Shown here piece by piece: positions 63,165 to 64,000 of a stretch of DNA of 64,000 nt. The position numbers and the translations under genes are program-made. The stretch lies in assembly GCA_963693365.1 (NCBI GenBank), contig CAVNZM010000005.1, positions 11,555,728 through 11,619,727 of the forward strand, written 5' to 3'. The notes below the pieces were generated by a model that worked only from the letters and a program-made list of their open reading frames with translations, had not been told where the DNA came from and did no database searches. Numbering within the stretch: position 1 is the stretch's first letter; each line of letters begins with the position of its first letter. This stretch comes from Amoebidium appalachense. Taxonomy: Eukaryota > Protista > Ichthyosporea.

Positions 63165-63603
63165 AAGAAGAAAGAGAGAAGGAAAGAGGGTAGAAAAATG
63201 CATGAGAAACAGCGAGGGTCACGGGCATGCAGTGCCTAATTAGTGGAAACCCGCCTATAACACCCACCCAACACATTTCAGGGTGTGAGTGTGTGTGAGT
63301 GAGTGAGTGAGTGAGTGAGTGAGTGAGTGAGTGAGTGAGTGTGTGTGTGAGTGTGTGTGTGTGTGTGCGTGCGTGCGTGCGTGTTTGCGCTTCCAGTCAT
63401 GTCTGTCACTTTGCATATGTGCAGCCCGTAAAGAGAAAACAAGCAGGAGGAGGTAACACCCACCTGGTCGTCCGTGATATCCATACCCCGTGACTTTCTG
63501 ACATTGTTGCGTACAGTCACAAGATCATCATAGTCCAGTTGAGGTTTAACCTGACCACATATAGGGTAAGCGGGATATCCGTGTATGGGGTGGGATTGCA
63601 TGA
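60606..63603 (-). CDS. OPA1: Dynamin-like mitochondrial fusion GTPase OPA1, 3' exons (gene continues beyond window)
   Basis: Exons ~63603-63464, ~62985-62911, 62219-62159, 61584-61503, 60796-60606. Translation LDYDDLVTVRNNV..RGMDI..|IREVY..MYMDDFLKRS...YCR|...GCQ|DIVLFWRVQEMLRST..MRQQV|VRLEEEVKQELE...LLTGERVALAEQI matches the animal OPA1 C-terminus as I recall it (CNDVVLFWRIQRML; LLTGKRVQLAEDL). Confidence 0.85.
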
Positions 63604-63784
63604 CCTAATAGGGAGGAGGGGGGAGTAGTGGTGAGGTGGCGATGGGGTGGGTGGTCTGTATGTTTGCATGAAGTTATTATTAATATTAATTTTATCTATT
63701 CATTTCTATTTTAACTTTTTTTTTGGGGGAGGGGGGGGGGGGGGAGGGGGGGGGGGATAGGGGGAAAGGAGCAGATATATTGTA

Positions 63785-63967
63785 TTGCATTGAATTTTGC
63801 CACCAATCAGCGCAAAGCAGGAGTTTGCGATTGCCCGATTGGCTGAATCTTGATAGGAATTTGCTTCGCTCAAAATTCCTGGGTAAAATGGCCCGAGGTC
63901 GAATTTTGCCGACCAATCGATTTGACAGGATCTGCCCTGCACTGATTGGTGGCAAAATTCAATGCAA
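63785..63967. mobile_element. MITE-like element with ~30-bp terminal inverted repeats (in OPA1 intron)
   Basis: TTGCATTGAATTTTGCCACCAATCAGCGCA / TGCACTGATTGGTGGCAAAATTCAATGCAA (1 mismatch), plus an internal partial copy GAATTTTGCCGACCAATC. No clear TSD. Confidence 0.75.
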
Positions 63968-64000
63968 AGGTTGTAGGTTTGTGTTTTTTTTTTGTTGCAT

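Overview
Eukaryotic, intron-rich DNA whose introns are saturated with (C)n/(G)n, (CA)n and (CT)n tracts, so most ORFs in the supplied track are repeat artefacts. An animal-type OPA1 alongside EGF/VWD/TSP1 and spherulin-4 proteins suggests a unicellular holozoan such as an ichthyosporean (inference only). I assembled seven genes by hand from splice sites and reading phase: a secreted PA14-VWD-EGF protein, a two-LIM CRP-like protein, a six-BRCT PTIP/Rtt107-like protein, a small His-tailed membrane protein, a SMYD methyltransferase, a modular secreted spherulin-4/GH135 protein, and the 3' part of OPA1. There are also three MITE-like elements. The most interesting signal is an intact, 5'-truncated Penelope-like reverse transcriptase (23813-25139) inside an intron. 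About 2 kb of hairpin-rich non-coding sequence follows it, ending in a ~150-nt RNA domain. A diverged copy of that domain (3463-3618, minus strand) shows compensatory base changes supporting a kink-turn plus pseudoknot fold with hammerhead-core-like motifs in non-canonical order. Truncated copies of this 3' end sit in poly(C) tracts, suggesting a poly(C)-targeting retroelement that may itself generate the G/C homopolymers.
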